Below are positions 50,601 to 64,000 of a stretch of 64,000 nucleotides of DNA, in pieces. Each line of letters begins with the position of its first letter. Positions within the stretch are counted from its first letter, which is position 1. The notes beneath the pieces are model-generated. The model ran no database searches, was not told the origin of the DNA, and saw only the letters and a list, made by a program, of their open reading frames with translations. Source of the DNA: Phoronis australis (taxonomy: Eukaryota; Animalia; Phoronida); NCBI GenBank assembly GCA_002633005.1, contig NMRA01000200.1, positions 248,151 to 312,150 of the forward strand, written 5' to 3'. Made by a program: the position numbers and the translations under genes.

Positions 50601-53600
50601 TACGTCATATTTTGCCTTACCCAGATATCATCTCTCAATCTTCTTAGATTTGACTTATGTGAGTTTCACTGAACTGGAGAATGTGCTGCTCTGCTCATCA
50701 AAATTAAATGACAGAAATTGCATGATTTAGATGTAAGTTAACCAGATCCGTTAGCAGCAAGGGATTCTTACCATACTTGTTGTCTACCGCAGTGTTTCCA
50801 AAATTCAGAATGTTCCAATTACTGCACTGTCTTAACACATATGTGAAGCACTTGTTGATTTGCATTTTTCATTCCCGTTTGCAATACAAGCCAAAAGTAT
50901 TCAGACAAAATGTCTTCGAACTCATAGTCATGACGGCTGGACAGAAGCCATTTTGCTATTCACATAATTAGCCTTCACGACAGGAAAATGTTATTTTGTC
51001 TGATTGCTTTTTGTCTTGTTCTGTAAGTACCATACCATACAGTACTTGCTATTTTAGTACACCGTTGAACAAAAGTTTGTTCTTTTCTGGACTAGGCAGT
51101 ATGTATATCACAATGCTATCTTGCCACTATGTCTTGATTAGAACAAGTTGAGGGAATTGGAAGACAAACTTAGAGAGGAGAGACATCAAAGAAAGTTGAT
51201 ACAAGAAAGGACTGCGGAGGTATGTATCCCACCACTGATCATCTCTGTATGCAGGAACCATGTAAACATAGTCGTGTTGTTCCTTCATTTTTTGTCATCT
51301 GTATGAAATACAGGTTTTTAATTAGTGTATTCTGTATTAAGATTATACTGGCTATTAAAAGCAATGTTAAGTATTGTTCTAGTCTATGTGGTTTCACTGT
51401 AGGTGTTCCTGTACTTGTTTCGAAAGGGGAAAGCAACCCTTTGTGGTGTTACCTTAAGTAAAAATACAAATCCATGGTTATCGTGCAGAGACATTTTCCA
51501 TGTTAATTACTGTTTCCTTGGTGTGCATTTGCTATCCAAGGAAGCAATAGAATAAAGAGACCAGTGAACAGCCCACATCTTGGTTCTGCATTCTCCTCCA
51601 TTGAGCAAACAAAAATGACTGACACAGACTGCCTTCATAGCGAGTGCTTACTATTCAGGGGATCAATAGTTAGAGTCATGGAATAATGTCTCTCCGAGGT
51701 AACCAGGAATCTGAGTGTGTTTTTGCTAAATGTCCCATCGGAAGACAGAGAGGAAGCATTGCCAAGAGTGTTGATCAAGTAATTGAGTAACATTGAAAGA
51801 TGGTAACTGCCCTGTATCATTTATATCACACTGACTAAACCATTGCCAGTTCATTATGTGTTTTGTCTCCGATAGTGTGTTGTCAAGAAGCTGCCATGTC
51901 CAGGTACCTTCACCACTACACCTACTGTTCTTTCAGCTTCAAACAGCAGCTGAGGCCAACAGGATAATGATGGGGGTGGGATCACCTGAAGTCAGTCAGC
52001 CAGTTCATTCCCCAAGACATACGACTACACAAAAATTGATGGGCAAGAAAAAGAAAAAGAAAGCCACGTTCAAAAGTCAGCCACTTTGTAAAGGGCGACA
52101 TGTTCAACCAGGGCAGCACTATCACCTCAACTTAAAAGATATACCATTTGTCGCTGGAAAGGTGGGTATCCCTGCTCTTACTATATGGTCAATGCTTGTT
52201 AATGGTTGTGATAATTCCATGTACTTCTAAATCATTAGGTCACCGTTTGTTAATGGTTGTGATAATCCCATATACTGCTGAATCATTACATTTTTCATTG
52301 TTACGCTCTCTTCTGTCATCACTGTTATATTTACTAGCTTCAAAGTTTTCCTATGTGTTCTTATTATTGCCAAACTGTGAGCTTTATTTGTCAATGCAAT
52401 CCTGGAACGGAAATATTGATATTTACTTCTGTGTACCAGATACAGGAGTGTAAAACTTGTATTAGATATCTTATTAAGATACAGTTCACATTCCATCACG
52501 TTGCAGTCCACAGGTACAACACATTCGCTGGGTGGTAATGTCCAGCAGATGTTTGCCCTGATGAAGGCTCACAACCCTCGGTTGTGCAACAGAGGCAAGC
52601 CTGCCCGGCCCCGACCAACCACCACATACCTTGGTCAGAGAAGGGAGTCTTCCTCCTCCACAAGCACTGACAGTGATCTGAATGAACTCCTGGGCAACTT
52701 GCAGGATGAGTTTGGCCACTTGAGTTTGTAAGTACTTGTCATGTTCACAGTGAATAGAAAGCTTTGCATATAATGAAAGCAGTGATACTGTACTCATATA
52801 TGGATAAGCCAAGGGCTTACAATTTATATTAGAAGAACAAAAAATTGAGTATGATTATACCCAAGGTGGGCTTGTACATGCATATGGCCCATCAGTTTGC
52901 TCCTAAGCTCATAGCGTCTGTAATTCTTGTTTAAAATCTCATTTGTTTTTATTGTCTTGGACATTTAGTGAGTTGTCTGCATCGCTGTTCAGCCATACTG
53001 CTGCTAAAGAGTTAACCTCCCAAAATCTTCTTCACACTGATTTTAGTAAAATATGGTGCACTGATGTATAAAAATGAGGTGGAGTTGAAGATAGATTCTT
53101 TCCAGAGGGTGGGCATATGACCACAAGAATTGGGTGATTTTAGAATGTTAAACATGTTGTTGACCTGTAATTAATGATTTCTATTGCCCTGTGTTTGAAA
53201 GTAAGCCACGACGCTCCTGGTCTAAATATATCACAATGTCAAATATGACATAATGAGAATAGATAAATTCTTCTATTGAAACTGACAAAATATTGCAATG
53301 AATCTAAACACTATTTGAGACGATTTGTGGCAAGTAGTGGCGACTGGTAATAAGAAGAGATAGCTCCTATTGCTCATCATGTATGTGGAGTAATTATAGG
53401 ATAAAATGCATACCTGTACAATTTACCTGTCCAATTTGCCTTGCAGTGAACACCAGGACATGCTAAAGCAGATAGATGATGCAGATGACTACAGACTGAA
53501 GGAAGACCTGGAGAGGGAGCTAGATGTATTGGTGGGTCGTATGGAGGATAAAGGGGCACAGATACGCAAGCTTAAGAATCTACAAGAACAGGTACTTTAG

Positions 53601-55802
53601 GGCTGTTCCAGCAAAATCTGTATGGGAGGGGGGAAGGCACTTTTATTTCGTACCCACCGCCCATATTTTTCATTTATTTCTCCAACCCATGACCCATAAT
53701 TTTTTAATTATTTTTAATAGGTTAACATATAAAATCCAACACTTGCAAACAAATTGCCTCCAGGAGGACCTGTTAAGAACTTACTAGATGATTGACAGAC
53801 AAGAACTAGTTGTCTTGTCCAATATTGTCAAAAACTAAAGTAGCCTGTGAGCAATACTTTTGGCAGCCACCAGGTGTCTCTGTTCACCATGTGTCTATAA
53901 TTTCAATGAACATTTTTTNNNNNNNNNNNNNNNNNNNNNNNNNNNNNNNNNNNNNNNNNNNNNNNNNNNNNNNNNNNNNNNNNNNNNNNNNNNNNNNNNN
54001 NNNNNNNNNNNNNNNNNNNNNNNNNNNNNNNNNNNNNNNNNNNNNNNNNNNNNNNNNNNNNNNNNNNNNNNNNNNNNNNNNNNNNNNNNNNNNNNNNNNN
54101 NNNNNNNNNNNNNNNNNNNNNNNNNNNNNNNNNNNNNNNNNNNNNNNNNNNNNNNNNNNNNNNNNNNNNNNNNNNNNNNNNNNNNNNNNNNNNNNNNNNN
54201 NNNNNNNNNNNNNNNNNNNNNNNNNNNNNNNNNNNNNNNNNNNNNNNNNNNNNNNNNNNNNNNNNNNNNNNNNNNNNNNNNNNNNNNNNNNNNNNNNNNN
54301 NNNNNNNNNNNNNNNNNNNNNNNNNNNNNNNNNNNNNNNNNNNNNNNNNCAGGGGCCCGTTCCAACAAAACTGACTTAGCTAAGACAAATCTTAAATTTT
54401 AGTAAATTTTAAGATAAAACTTAAACTTGTCTCGAGACTGTTTTAAGCAAGAGGTCCTAAGTTTGAATTAAGTTTTTGATAAAAGTTCAATCTTAATTTT
54501 AACTATTTGACCGGATGTGGAAGTTTCAAAGTTTGGAAGTTAAGACAAATCTTAGACTTAAGTCAAAAATGAACTTAAGTCAGTTTCTTGGAACGGGACC
54601 CAGAACTCTTATGTTCTTGATTAGGAGTTGTGACACAACAGTGTGTAAAATTATGGCCTTGATCAAAGATTTGTAGGTAATAGTCATTTATGGGGTTCCC
54701 GCATTTCGTGAACCAGTTTCCCCAATGATTAATGGGCACCAAACTGGTTCTCAATATCTGGGACCCCTCTAAGTGACTATTGCTGATTTATGGTTTTAAT
54801 AACAATAACTATGTGCATTTTGAACATTGAAACAGTGTAGAAGTAAATCATTGCATGAAAGCTGGAGTTAATTTTCAATAGGGTTATCCCAAATTGTCAG
54901 CAAAAGTGTAATCTCACTGTATTTACCCACGATGCTGCGCGCTGTTTTCACACCTTTCAATAGGGTTATCCCAAATTGTCAGCAAAAGTCTAATCTCACT
55001 GTATTTACCCACGATGCTGCGCGCTGTTTTCACACCCTTGGAGTTCCCCATGTTCTTTGTTGTTGTATTCTTTACTAGTTTATCTCTGTCCGTCCTTCCA
55101 GTGCCAATTAAGTATTGCTGCTGTTTGTTTCCTGCAACTTTGATTGGAGGAAGTTAGATTAACTTGACAAACATCCATGGATGCATGATTTCAAGTTCAT
55201 TGACTTCCTGACAATAAAAGACATGAAAATGGGAGAGCGAGTAGATAGAGCAAGTTTGTCAGGATAATTTGAACCAAACAGAAAACCTTTTTTTGAAGAT
55301 ATCTTTTCCATTCTGGTACTTTAAATGGTTTAAATCGGGAATATTTCCACGGTCATACACCTCCAGTTTCTAACATGAACACTGAAAATAGGCCCGACAT
55401 TCCAAAACAAGGCAGGGAAGACAACGTGCTTTCCTACCTCTGGGACAAAGGAGAGTTCTACAAGACGGCCTTATTGAAGAATCACCTACATTGTTTCAGC
55501 ATCTCTTGATAACTCAACGTATCTAATCATAACTTGTTGTTTGTTTTCAGATGACAAAAAAGAAATTCAAGCCAAAGGCAAAACTCAAGGAACCAAAACA
55601 AAAGAGATCATCTTCAACCAATGGGGAGGTTGAAGTGACAACGACAATAAAAACAAAGGGTAAAACAGCACACAACATTCATGTAGCCAGGCCTACCTCA
55701 GCACAAAGACCGACATCTGCAAAGACTGGTAAATTAGACTTACTGAAAGATGTCAAACGAATACAAACAACATTACGAAAAGATGATATCAGCTGGGACT
55801 GA
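47672..55802 (+). CDS. CEP57: Centrosomal protein CEP57/CEP57L1 (translokin) ortholog, >=491 aa; true start may lie in an upstream exon
   Basis: Exons: (47648)47672-47810, 49551-49730, 50052-50287, 51142-51219, 51937-52161, 52507-52727, 53447-53591, 55551-55802; phases consistent. Motifs SALKNLQTKIRSLEMER, AETRCNLLEKQLEYMRKMV, LNLKDIPFVAGKST..HSLGGNVQ, LQDEFGHLSFEHQ, LVGRMEDKGAQI, C-terminal DDISWD. An exon hidden in the N gap cannot be excluded. Confidence 0.9.
53919..54349. other. Assembly gap (N run)
   Basis: Run of N in the last CEP57 intron, bounded by repeat sequence. Confidence 0.99.
54353..54600. mobile_element. PIF/Harbinger-like MITE with CAG target-site duplication
   Basis: TIRs GGGCCCGTTCCAACAAAACTGACTTA / TAAGTCAGTTTCTTGGAACGGGACC; CAG at 54350-54352 and 54601-54603. 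Confidence 0.78.
54873..55036 (+). repeat. 82-bp tandem duplication (one mismatch)
   Basis: TTTCAATAGGGTTATCCCAAATTGTCAGC...GCTGTTTTCACACC occurs twice back to back. Confidence 0.9.
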
Positions 55803-57395
55803 TAAACTTTTAATTACCCTATGCATATTACTATGTTGTGCCATTAATTAAATTTCACATTTAATGTTGTTCTCTTGTATGTACAGTAGGTCAGGCAGGA
55901 TGTCATGTTCCAATTTTTGTGTACCTCATTATGGTATGTATGGAATTATCGCAATTTTAAGGTGCAAGTATCATTTAATTTCTATTATGGTGTCTGTTTA
56001 TGTAAGTTGTAGCCATGCAATAACCTTTCTCAGCAATATTCAACGTCAAAAATAACAATTTTTTAATTATAGTCTAACACTGCTATAAACTTGGTCAGTT
56101 GTGATTTCTGGTCTTCAGGGTCGATCTTGGTTGATCTACCATACGCTACCACGTTTATGTGCTAATACCAATATGAATAGGAAACACCCATTGCATGCCC
56201 GACGTGATCCTGGTTGTATTGTGGTTTTAAATGTGTTTGATTTTAGTTGTCCTGCTGCTAGGTGATCCTAGGTCTTTTGTGACTTTAAGAGTATATTTGA
56301 TGGTAGTTGTCATGGAAATGTGTCTGGTTAGTTTAGGATTTGAATGTAACAACTACTGTAACTAAGGTGCTGTGTTCATCATTTTTTTCATGTTGTAAAT
56401 ATGGCATAAACTCATCATTTTAAACTCATAATAAATATTGTGTGTGAAATAATTATTGCATACACTACTCTGCAGTCAGTGTGAATAGTTATAATGAATT
56501 CATTAATAAATAAAAACATGTCGAGGACTCTAATTTTCATTCTGCGCATACATTAGCAGTTTTTCACCAAGTTTAAGACACAACATTGTTCAATCATGAT
56601 ATGACATTTTATCACCATGAAATGAAATACAATTTGAGTTTTACCATGTCTGAAAATGACATCAAATTACATGGTTGCATTTACATACAATATGAAACAC
56701 TTTAGATAATTCTTGAAACAAGATAAGATATACAATTACTATGTAGGTAACAGCTATGTTAGTAATTACAGTTGGTATTTATGATGACTTAAGAGCTTTA
56801 ACTGAAATGTGCCTTACTGTAAGTACATACAACCACATCTGCTGTGATATTTAGATTTTCGTGAAACCTCAACAGTGTGCCAGTCAATTTCAGTCTAAAA
56901 ACTGAAGCTAAGGAACACCAGATCATTATAATTATCATTACATTATACCACCAGTAAGTACAACACAAGTAAAGTTTGATGCACGTGTTTTCAAGCTGTA
57001 TCACTGAAAGCAAGACACTGGATGAATCGTGCACTTAAACATTAACTTGTTACATGCAACACAAACATACATGATGACACAGTAAAACTTGAACAAATCG
57101 GACTTTCCGGAACTCGGACAAAGTTAAATGTTACCATCGTGATAGGTCCCGATAAGTCAAACTTTGCCTCATCTGGATAAGAACTCAAGGATGGATCCGA
57201 CTTGAGCGGGTTTTAAAGTAAATCAACAGCAATTGAATGTGGCACTTGCTTCATTAGTGGCAGGAACATTCACAAGCCTAGAGATCAGTAAACACTCGCA
57301 AATAATATAATTACTCACTGCATGATTTTCTCCCTTCAGACAATTATTATGAATAGCACACATGACCTGATGAGCACGACTAGTTCTCCATAGAT

Positions 57396-57489
57396 GATTA
57401 CTTAATTGGTGCTCCAGCTAGACTCTTGCATGTGACACATCCGATTACTTAATTGGTGCTCCAGCTAGACTCTTGCATGTGACAGATCC
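57396..57489 (-). repeat. 47-bp tandem duplication spanning the YARS1 last codons and stop
   Basis: 57396-57442 and 57443-57489 differ at one base. Confidence 0.92.
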
Positions 57490-60400
57490 ATTGGAACTAG
57501 CCATGGCATTGCCTTGCCACTCAGCTATTAGAGACTGACTGATTTTTAAATCCACCTGAAACAATAAATGATATTCAATGTAAAGAACCCAAAATGCAGA
57601 TGACAAAAGGAAACAGAAAAGAATCCATGAAGCCAAAAGCTCAATAAAATACTTTTAAGGCAACAAAATCAACTCACTAAAATTGCTCAGGCAAGCTGAT
57701 TGTTGAGAGGGCTTCCAAAGGCAATAAACGCTTAGTTTGGACATTATGTCCTCGCCTGTGAATTCAACAATTACATGGAGGTATTTTAATAAACAATTAC
57801 TGAAAACTAACGAGCAATATAGAGCATTAACATGCATACATCACAAAAAAGTGAATGTAATAAGGGGTAATCATTATTCTGAAAGGTCACTAGGGGGAGC
57901 CCAGCAATCTTTAAATCGGCCCAAAAAGTTACTTTTACCATGCAATCCTCAAAATGAACACATACACCAAATTTCATGACCATCATTCAAGTAGTTTGGC
58001 AAATAGAGACACACGGTACAATCGGTAAAATTGTGACTAGAGGGTACAGCACACATCAAAGAGTGGGCAGATGCCATTGTGACACATGCAAAACAACTAA
58101 AATCATCACTAGTCATATTCGTCCAAAATCAACATTGGTCACATAATCTTCAATAGAAGCACACCTGCCTAATTTCCTGATTCTAACAACAGAGCCAAAA
58201 TACTAAAATTGTCGCTAGGAGGTACACCAAAAATGGTAGATACTGTCCTTTCCTTCACAGGCGTGATATCTGAATGAAACAACTTGTTTGAGATGGCACA
58301 GTAGCAGTAGATGGATTAGTAAAAGATTAGTGAGTTCTTTCTCATCAAAGCAAAAGGAGGTGTCCAAAACTTCACAAATGTCCATAAAGGATTTTGGAAG
58401 ATAGAGCGGCATATACTGAACGATGAGCTATACAAGAGATGACAGTTATATATGCTCACATGTGCAAATAGTGTCTTAATCAAGTATTCACAAAAATGCC
58501 ATCAAAAGATTTTACTGAAAACTAATGCTATCTTCCATAATTCCAGGAATCCCAAAATTTCTTTTGCAAGTCACAGGAAGGTATGAAAAATCCCACGCCT
58601 GACCGTAATAGCAGAAAAGAACAAAGGGTTTTCCTGGAGACTCTGCACAGTTGTTTCTCTCACAACCTTTTCATGCTTCACACTTACTCCTCACTCAAAT
58701 AGTGGTAAGTAATACTGTATCCTTTGTTCAAATAGTAGACAATTTCCACTGCAGGAAAATTAGAAATAGTTCTTTGTTCTCTGTCTTGGTACATCAGATT
58801 TGTTAAAAATCCTCGATATCAGCACTGGAGCTGCACAACTGATTGTGTTTAGTGCCAAAATGTCCAAAAAGTGTTGCAATGTTACTTCTTTTTACTTCTA
58901 CACATTGCAAAACAAGTGTTACATTTCCTGTAAAAAGAAAAAACCCAATTCCCAGTAAAACCATATCCTGAAAAGTAAATTTTAAAATGCTTTTGTGAAC
59001 AGTTTTAAGACATCCTGTGTGTTGATATGGGTACATAAACATTACCTGTAATTTTTCCCAAATCTTTTTCTTAGGGTTCAGCTTTTCGTCTGGTTTGACG
59101 TCGTTATATCCTTCAAAGACGAGTCTGTCGCCTGGTTTACTGCCACTAGGAGGGTCAAGGGGTTCTACTTGACGTTCAGGTTCAGGCCTGTAACACACGC
59201 AGCATCTAATATCATTGAACAGACTATACACTGCAGACAGAATCGGTCTCAGAGGCTGCAACCAGCCAGCAATATCACAAGTCTACGTCTTTAAAACTAA
59301 CACTGGAACTTACACAAATGAGCAGAAAAGACACTCTTATTACAGAAGGATGCCTAAAACACACTTTATGTAAGCCAACCTTAAAACTATAAAACCTTAA
59401 CTTTTGAAGTAAGATGGCAATATCAAATGCAGTTACACTGAAAATATCGGGATAAATTTGAGGACTTTGAGAAAATCACCACAGCAAAATTAACACATAT
59501 TAACTCTGGTGAATTTGGTAAGCGGGGGATTATAAATGAAGAACTAGAAAATCATGAGCAGACACTAAATGTGTAGGACAGAGTGCATATACTTTTTTGT
59601 TGAAATTTTACTACTGAAGAAACAAAATGCAAAACATATGATGAAGCCATTTAAATTTGTCCAAAAATTACATCAGCGTCTCATACCACCTTCATTTGTT
59701 TGATATTAATCGCTTACATGGAGGCACACAACAACATGGCTGATGACTCAATTCCCTTCATCTTGGTTGGCTTCAAGTTACACAGGAACACTCCCAGCCT
59801 GTCGTGAAGCTCCTCAGAAGCCACTAATCCCACCAGTCCACTCACTACTGTACGCGGCTCAACCTCACCAAGATCCACCTTCTGCACAAACAACTTGTCA
59901 GCATCTGGATGCTATAGGAGGATGGTTGAACAAGAATTATATCGAGTCAGTACTAATAATAAAGATGACGATAAATAAAACAACACTACCATTGTGTTGA
60001 CTGAAACCACCCCGCTTCCCCACACAATGAGGCCACAAAATTACAATAAAGGGCGACACCACTTGAACTGCTTATGACATGCACAGACACAAACCAAAAA
60101 TGTAATTCAGCTAAATTAACATTATAGCAAGATCAAGTAAGTTTAACTTTACAGACATGCACAACATTGTTGTAATGAATGATACAAAGTTTTAATTTAC
60201 TTGTTTGACATTTGTTTCACAACATGTTACAAACTTTTTAAACTGACTTTATGACCCTCAGTTCAACGAGCTTAAGTAACCCTTACTAGCAAAATCTATG
60301 TGCTAAAAAGTACCTAACCTTATTCAAGCTTGGTCAATATTATTTAAGCTTGGCCAATATTAACTAATATTGCTCGAAGTTGGCCAATATTACTTAAGAA

Positions 60401-63400
60401 CAACCAATAACTATGCTAGCAACCTGGCAGATGTCTTTCTATTAGTGCACTGGACAAGCTACATTATCCTTCACGAGTACGCCATGGGATACATCTATTT
60501 TGATCACTACTTGGTAAGGAAATGCTTTTTGCTTGGAATGTCCTAGAGATATTCAGCTTGAATTATGTTACTCACAAGCATATTTTCTCAGGCTTCCACA
60601 GCAATGGTTACTGGGAGCTAAGGTTTCCAAGATTGAAATTCTATGTTGAGAAAGGTGACAGGCCCATCAAGTTTATTCAAGATTGTTTGGCAAGCCTGAT
60701 TTACGTTGCTCATCAGTAGTCTTTCAAGCTAAATTATCAATGCTTAGCAAGTGAGTAAGAAAATTCAAGCTCGGAGAAAAATATCAAATGTGGCGATGTA
60801 CCATTAATGGCAAAATTTAGAAAAGTTAGTACACCACAATATCACTGCAATAACAGTATGTGATCCGTTTACACGTCGTAGCCCACCTTATCAACAGACA
60901 GTATCCTGCCTACTCTCAGATCAAGTCTGCCAGGTGACACTTCATCGCTAGTGGGTGCAGTGCCAACATGTTTTGTCGCCTCTGTAATGACAAATTACAC
61001 ATAGCCATGCATAAAAAGAAACATGAGATGAGTGTTTCATCAGCTGGTACATAAAGTAGCTACAAGTACAAGAGCAACGCTGGGCGTTGAAATGCGCCCA
61101 CGAATGCATCGCAAATGGCGTGCTTTTAGGGTTGTTTATTTCTGTCATAAAAATGGCCACTAGATAGCGCAAAAACATACAATCCATCCGAAAAGGGGAA
61201 CATGTCATTGCTTCTTAAATAGAAAATACTAAAACTGCCACTAGAGGCATACCGGTAGTCAGAATCATCCTAAAGTCGTCATCGTCCGTTGTCAACATCA
61301 CATAGATACACTTGCTATATTTAGCAAAGATCCTGCAAACGGTTTGGAGATACAGCCATGGGCGCCAAAAAAAACTGCCACTAGGAGGCGCCACAGTAAT
61401 CAAAGCCATGGGAAATTCAGCGTCAACCGTCCTCTTCATAGTAAGAACATACATGCCAATTTTCACAATCATACTTAGAGCGGTTTGGTTGATAGAGGGG
61501 TGGACGCCAAAAAACAGACTCAAAAACCGTAAAAATGGCCACTGGGTGTCGCAAACTAGGTCGAATCCATCCGAAAACGGGAGGATAGCGTCATGGCGCT
61601 AATAGGTGCCTACATACCAAATTTCATGAAAATCCGTTAAGGACTTGTTAAGATACAAAGGTAAACGTAAAAAAAATAAAATTGCCACTAGGGGGCACAC
61701 TGGTAGGCGGATCTGTCCAAAAGTTGTCATCGTCTGTTGTTAACATCATATAAATACACTTATTAAATTTTGTACAGATCCTGCTTACGGTTTAGGAGAT
61801 AGAGTCATAGGCGCAAAAAAAAACAAACTGCCACTAGGAGGCACCACAGTAGTCCAAATCGTCTGAAAATCATTGTCAGCTGTCCTCTTTATAGTAAGCA
61901 CATACATGCCAATTTTCACAATCATCCTTTGAGCGGTTTGGTTGATAGAGGGGTGGACGCAAAAATACAGACTCAAAAACAGTAAAAATGGCCACTAGGT
62001 GGCGCAAACTACGTTGAATCCATCCGAAAACAAGTGGATAGTGTCATCACACTAATAGGTGCCTACATACCAAATTTCATGAAAATACGTTAAGGACTTT
62101 TGAAAATACAAAGGTAAACGTAAAAAACTAAAATTGCCACTAGGGGGCACACTGGTAGTCGGATCCGTACGAAAGTTCGCACATGCCGTCCCATTCATGA
62201 ATGGAACATATTTCATGAACGTATGTCAAAGGGTTCTGGAGATAAAGCAGCGGACGCTGGACGGACGCCGTCCGGACGGACGGACGGAGATGACGGCATA
62301 ATGCATCCACATATAAAAATGTGATATTACATTAACTCTGACTATTACCTCCATATCAAAATGCTCTAAAATGTTTATCAGTTTCATGCTGGACACTACA
62401 AAACACCAGTAAAACAATTTCTTCTGAGTGTTTCTTACTTTCAGTTGGGTAAGCTTCGTTAGTTAGTTTCTTCAGCTCAGCGGACTCAAATTCTGCCCTG
62501 ATGGGACTCATCAAAGCATTTAATGCAGCTTCGACGGCTGGCTTCAAGTCACCAGGGTGAACCTCCTGAAGGCAGAAACAAGTCATTGTGTCACGTTGGC
62601 TTACACCTGTAGCCTCAGTAATTAACATGATGTGTATCACTTTTTGTTAAATGGTTTAAATAATTTATATTACAACTGAGAGTTCAAAATTCACCAAGTG
62701 GTGCTCGTGACATCATTCCTAACTGTATATTAAATACACGATTGAATAGAGTAGTTACTTTTATTGAGTCATATACATTACAAATACAAAAATAACTTCA
62801 ACAGGTCAAATACGACCTGAAAAAATCCCCAGGTCGCCAAAAGTGAATTGAGGTTGCTATACCCCATTGGCAAGAGCCGACAATGAAATAAATGAGATAT
62901 ATAAAGTGAAAAGCCAGTAAAGCTGGTGCATCCAACATTGCCTAGACGGGGTTTTTTTGCTCAAATGAAAAGATAGTATTGTATTGCGTGCTGTATGATG
63001 ACCAATTTCTCCTTCTTGGGCCCAATATCCCAAAAACAGGCCCACTTTGTGAGGCAGACAAACACGATCAAGCCCCCAAATTGGCCAACTGTTCAATAGA
63101 TGGATGATCGCACACGACGCATGCATTCTTAAGCACACATTTACCTCTTTACCGAATGCACTTTCCAATTCGTCATAATTCTTGAAGACTCTGTCCAAAA
63201 CCTGGAACTCTTCAACACAAAAACACACACAGTTACAATTAAGTTACTAACAAACGTCACACAACAGCACATCTACAATGCAAATTTTTAGGAAATCAAA
63301 TTTAGGAGTCCCATCATGTGAATTTCAATAACAATTCAATAAATTTCGAGCATGGTAAATTCTAATTATTACATTCTGGAGCATAGGAATTCAAGCCCTG

Positions 63401-64000
63401 CTTCAACAAGATGTCACTGCAATTTCAGCAGTCTTCCTGAAGGTAGTTTCATGACTTCCCAACATAATTAGTCATGTCATCCATCACCTTCAAAATGTAA
63501 ATGTAACAAGAGTGAAACCGGGACACTTTTGGTGTACATTTCATGCACACACCCAGCCTAAAAAATAGGGGGGTTCAAATTTTTGAGAATGTGGACATTT
63601 TACTAAAAAAAAAACGGTACAGTCAGAGCTATATATTGAGAATTCACCAAATTCCTGTGTTTTTAGTGAACTTTTGTCTCGTTTTCTACTTTTTTCGGAC
63701 TTTTTATTTCTCTGAGGCAGACCTTGTTGCCCACTTCGCCAAATGGGGTGGCTCGTTCGAGCCTCCCTGAGCCTCCCCTGGGTGCGCGCACGCATTGTTT
63801 CATCTCAAACCATTGGTTATGACCTTGTCACACTTTCTTACCTCCATTTGGCGAGAGTGGCATCAAGACATACTTGACAAAGGACAGGACACCATTATCA
63901 GTGATGTTGCCTGGTTCACAGAAGGCTTTCTTGATCTTCTTCTTCACCTGAGCAGCACTGTCCAGTAAGTCAATTTTGGAGTCAGCCTCCGATGAGCTCA
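57445..64000 (-). CDS. YARS1: Cytoplasmic tyrosyl-tRNA synthetase, 3' portion (KMSSS loop, anticodon-binding domain, C-terminal EMAP-II-like domain); 5' end outside window
   Basis: Exons (minus): 63842->64000, 63145-63209, 62439-62565, 60887-60981, 59718-59911, 59046-59187, 57445-57555; phases consistent. Motifs [76 protein letters not shown]. Confidence 0.95.
57875..58470 (-). mobile_element. Highly diverged relic of the same or a related HINE family
   Basis: Degenerate subunit motifs (GGTCACTAGGGGGAGC, GTCGCTAGGAGGTACACC, CATACACCAAATTTCATGA) and an end resembling GAGATGACAG..ATATGC.CACAT. Confidence 0.45.
61068..62322 (-). mobile_element. HINE/pearl-like element, copy 4
   Basis: ACAAGAGCAACGCTGGGCGTTGAAATGCGCCCAC start, internal subunits, (GGAC)n microsatellite at ~62252-62288, partly deleted terminal hairpin. 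Confidence 0.8.

Noticed and set aside
53810-54402. Long ORFs in the ORF track
   Set aside because: Artefacts of translating through the N gap.
63542-63793. Possible hAT-like MITE (CATGCACACACCCAG / CTGGGTGCGCGCACG); also weak inverted ends at 44575-45113
   Set aside because: TIRs are degenerate and no target-site duplication could be found.

Overview
AT-rich, intron-rich animal (invertebrate bilaterian-like) genomic DNA; no prokaryotic systems, CRISPR or rRNA. Five spliced housekeeping genes were rebuilt by hand with GT-AG junctions and consistent phases: QRSL1 (-, complete, ~535 aa), RTN4IP1 (+, complete, ~400 aa), FAM76 (-, complete, ~363 aa), CEP57/CEP57L1 (+, 5' end uncertain, >=491 aa) and the 3' half of cytoplasmic YARS1 (-, runs off the window). 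They form two head-to-head pairs that are also head-to-head in human. Introns hold many transposon relics. The most striking are four copies of a non-autonomous Helentron-type (HINE/pearl-like) element whose ~148-bp internal repeats each carry a near-consensus CTCF motif (about 30 co-oriented sites). Also present: a 5-kb TTAA-flanked TIR transposon, an RTE LINE fragment, several MITEs, minisatellites and one N gap. Other oddities are a TyrRS apparently lacking the conserved anticodon-domain RxEKxGG loop, a minisatellite that amplifies a splice donor, and a tandem duplication of the YARS stop-codon region. Family assignments and human comparisons are from recall, not from database searches.
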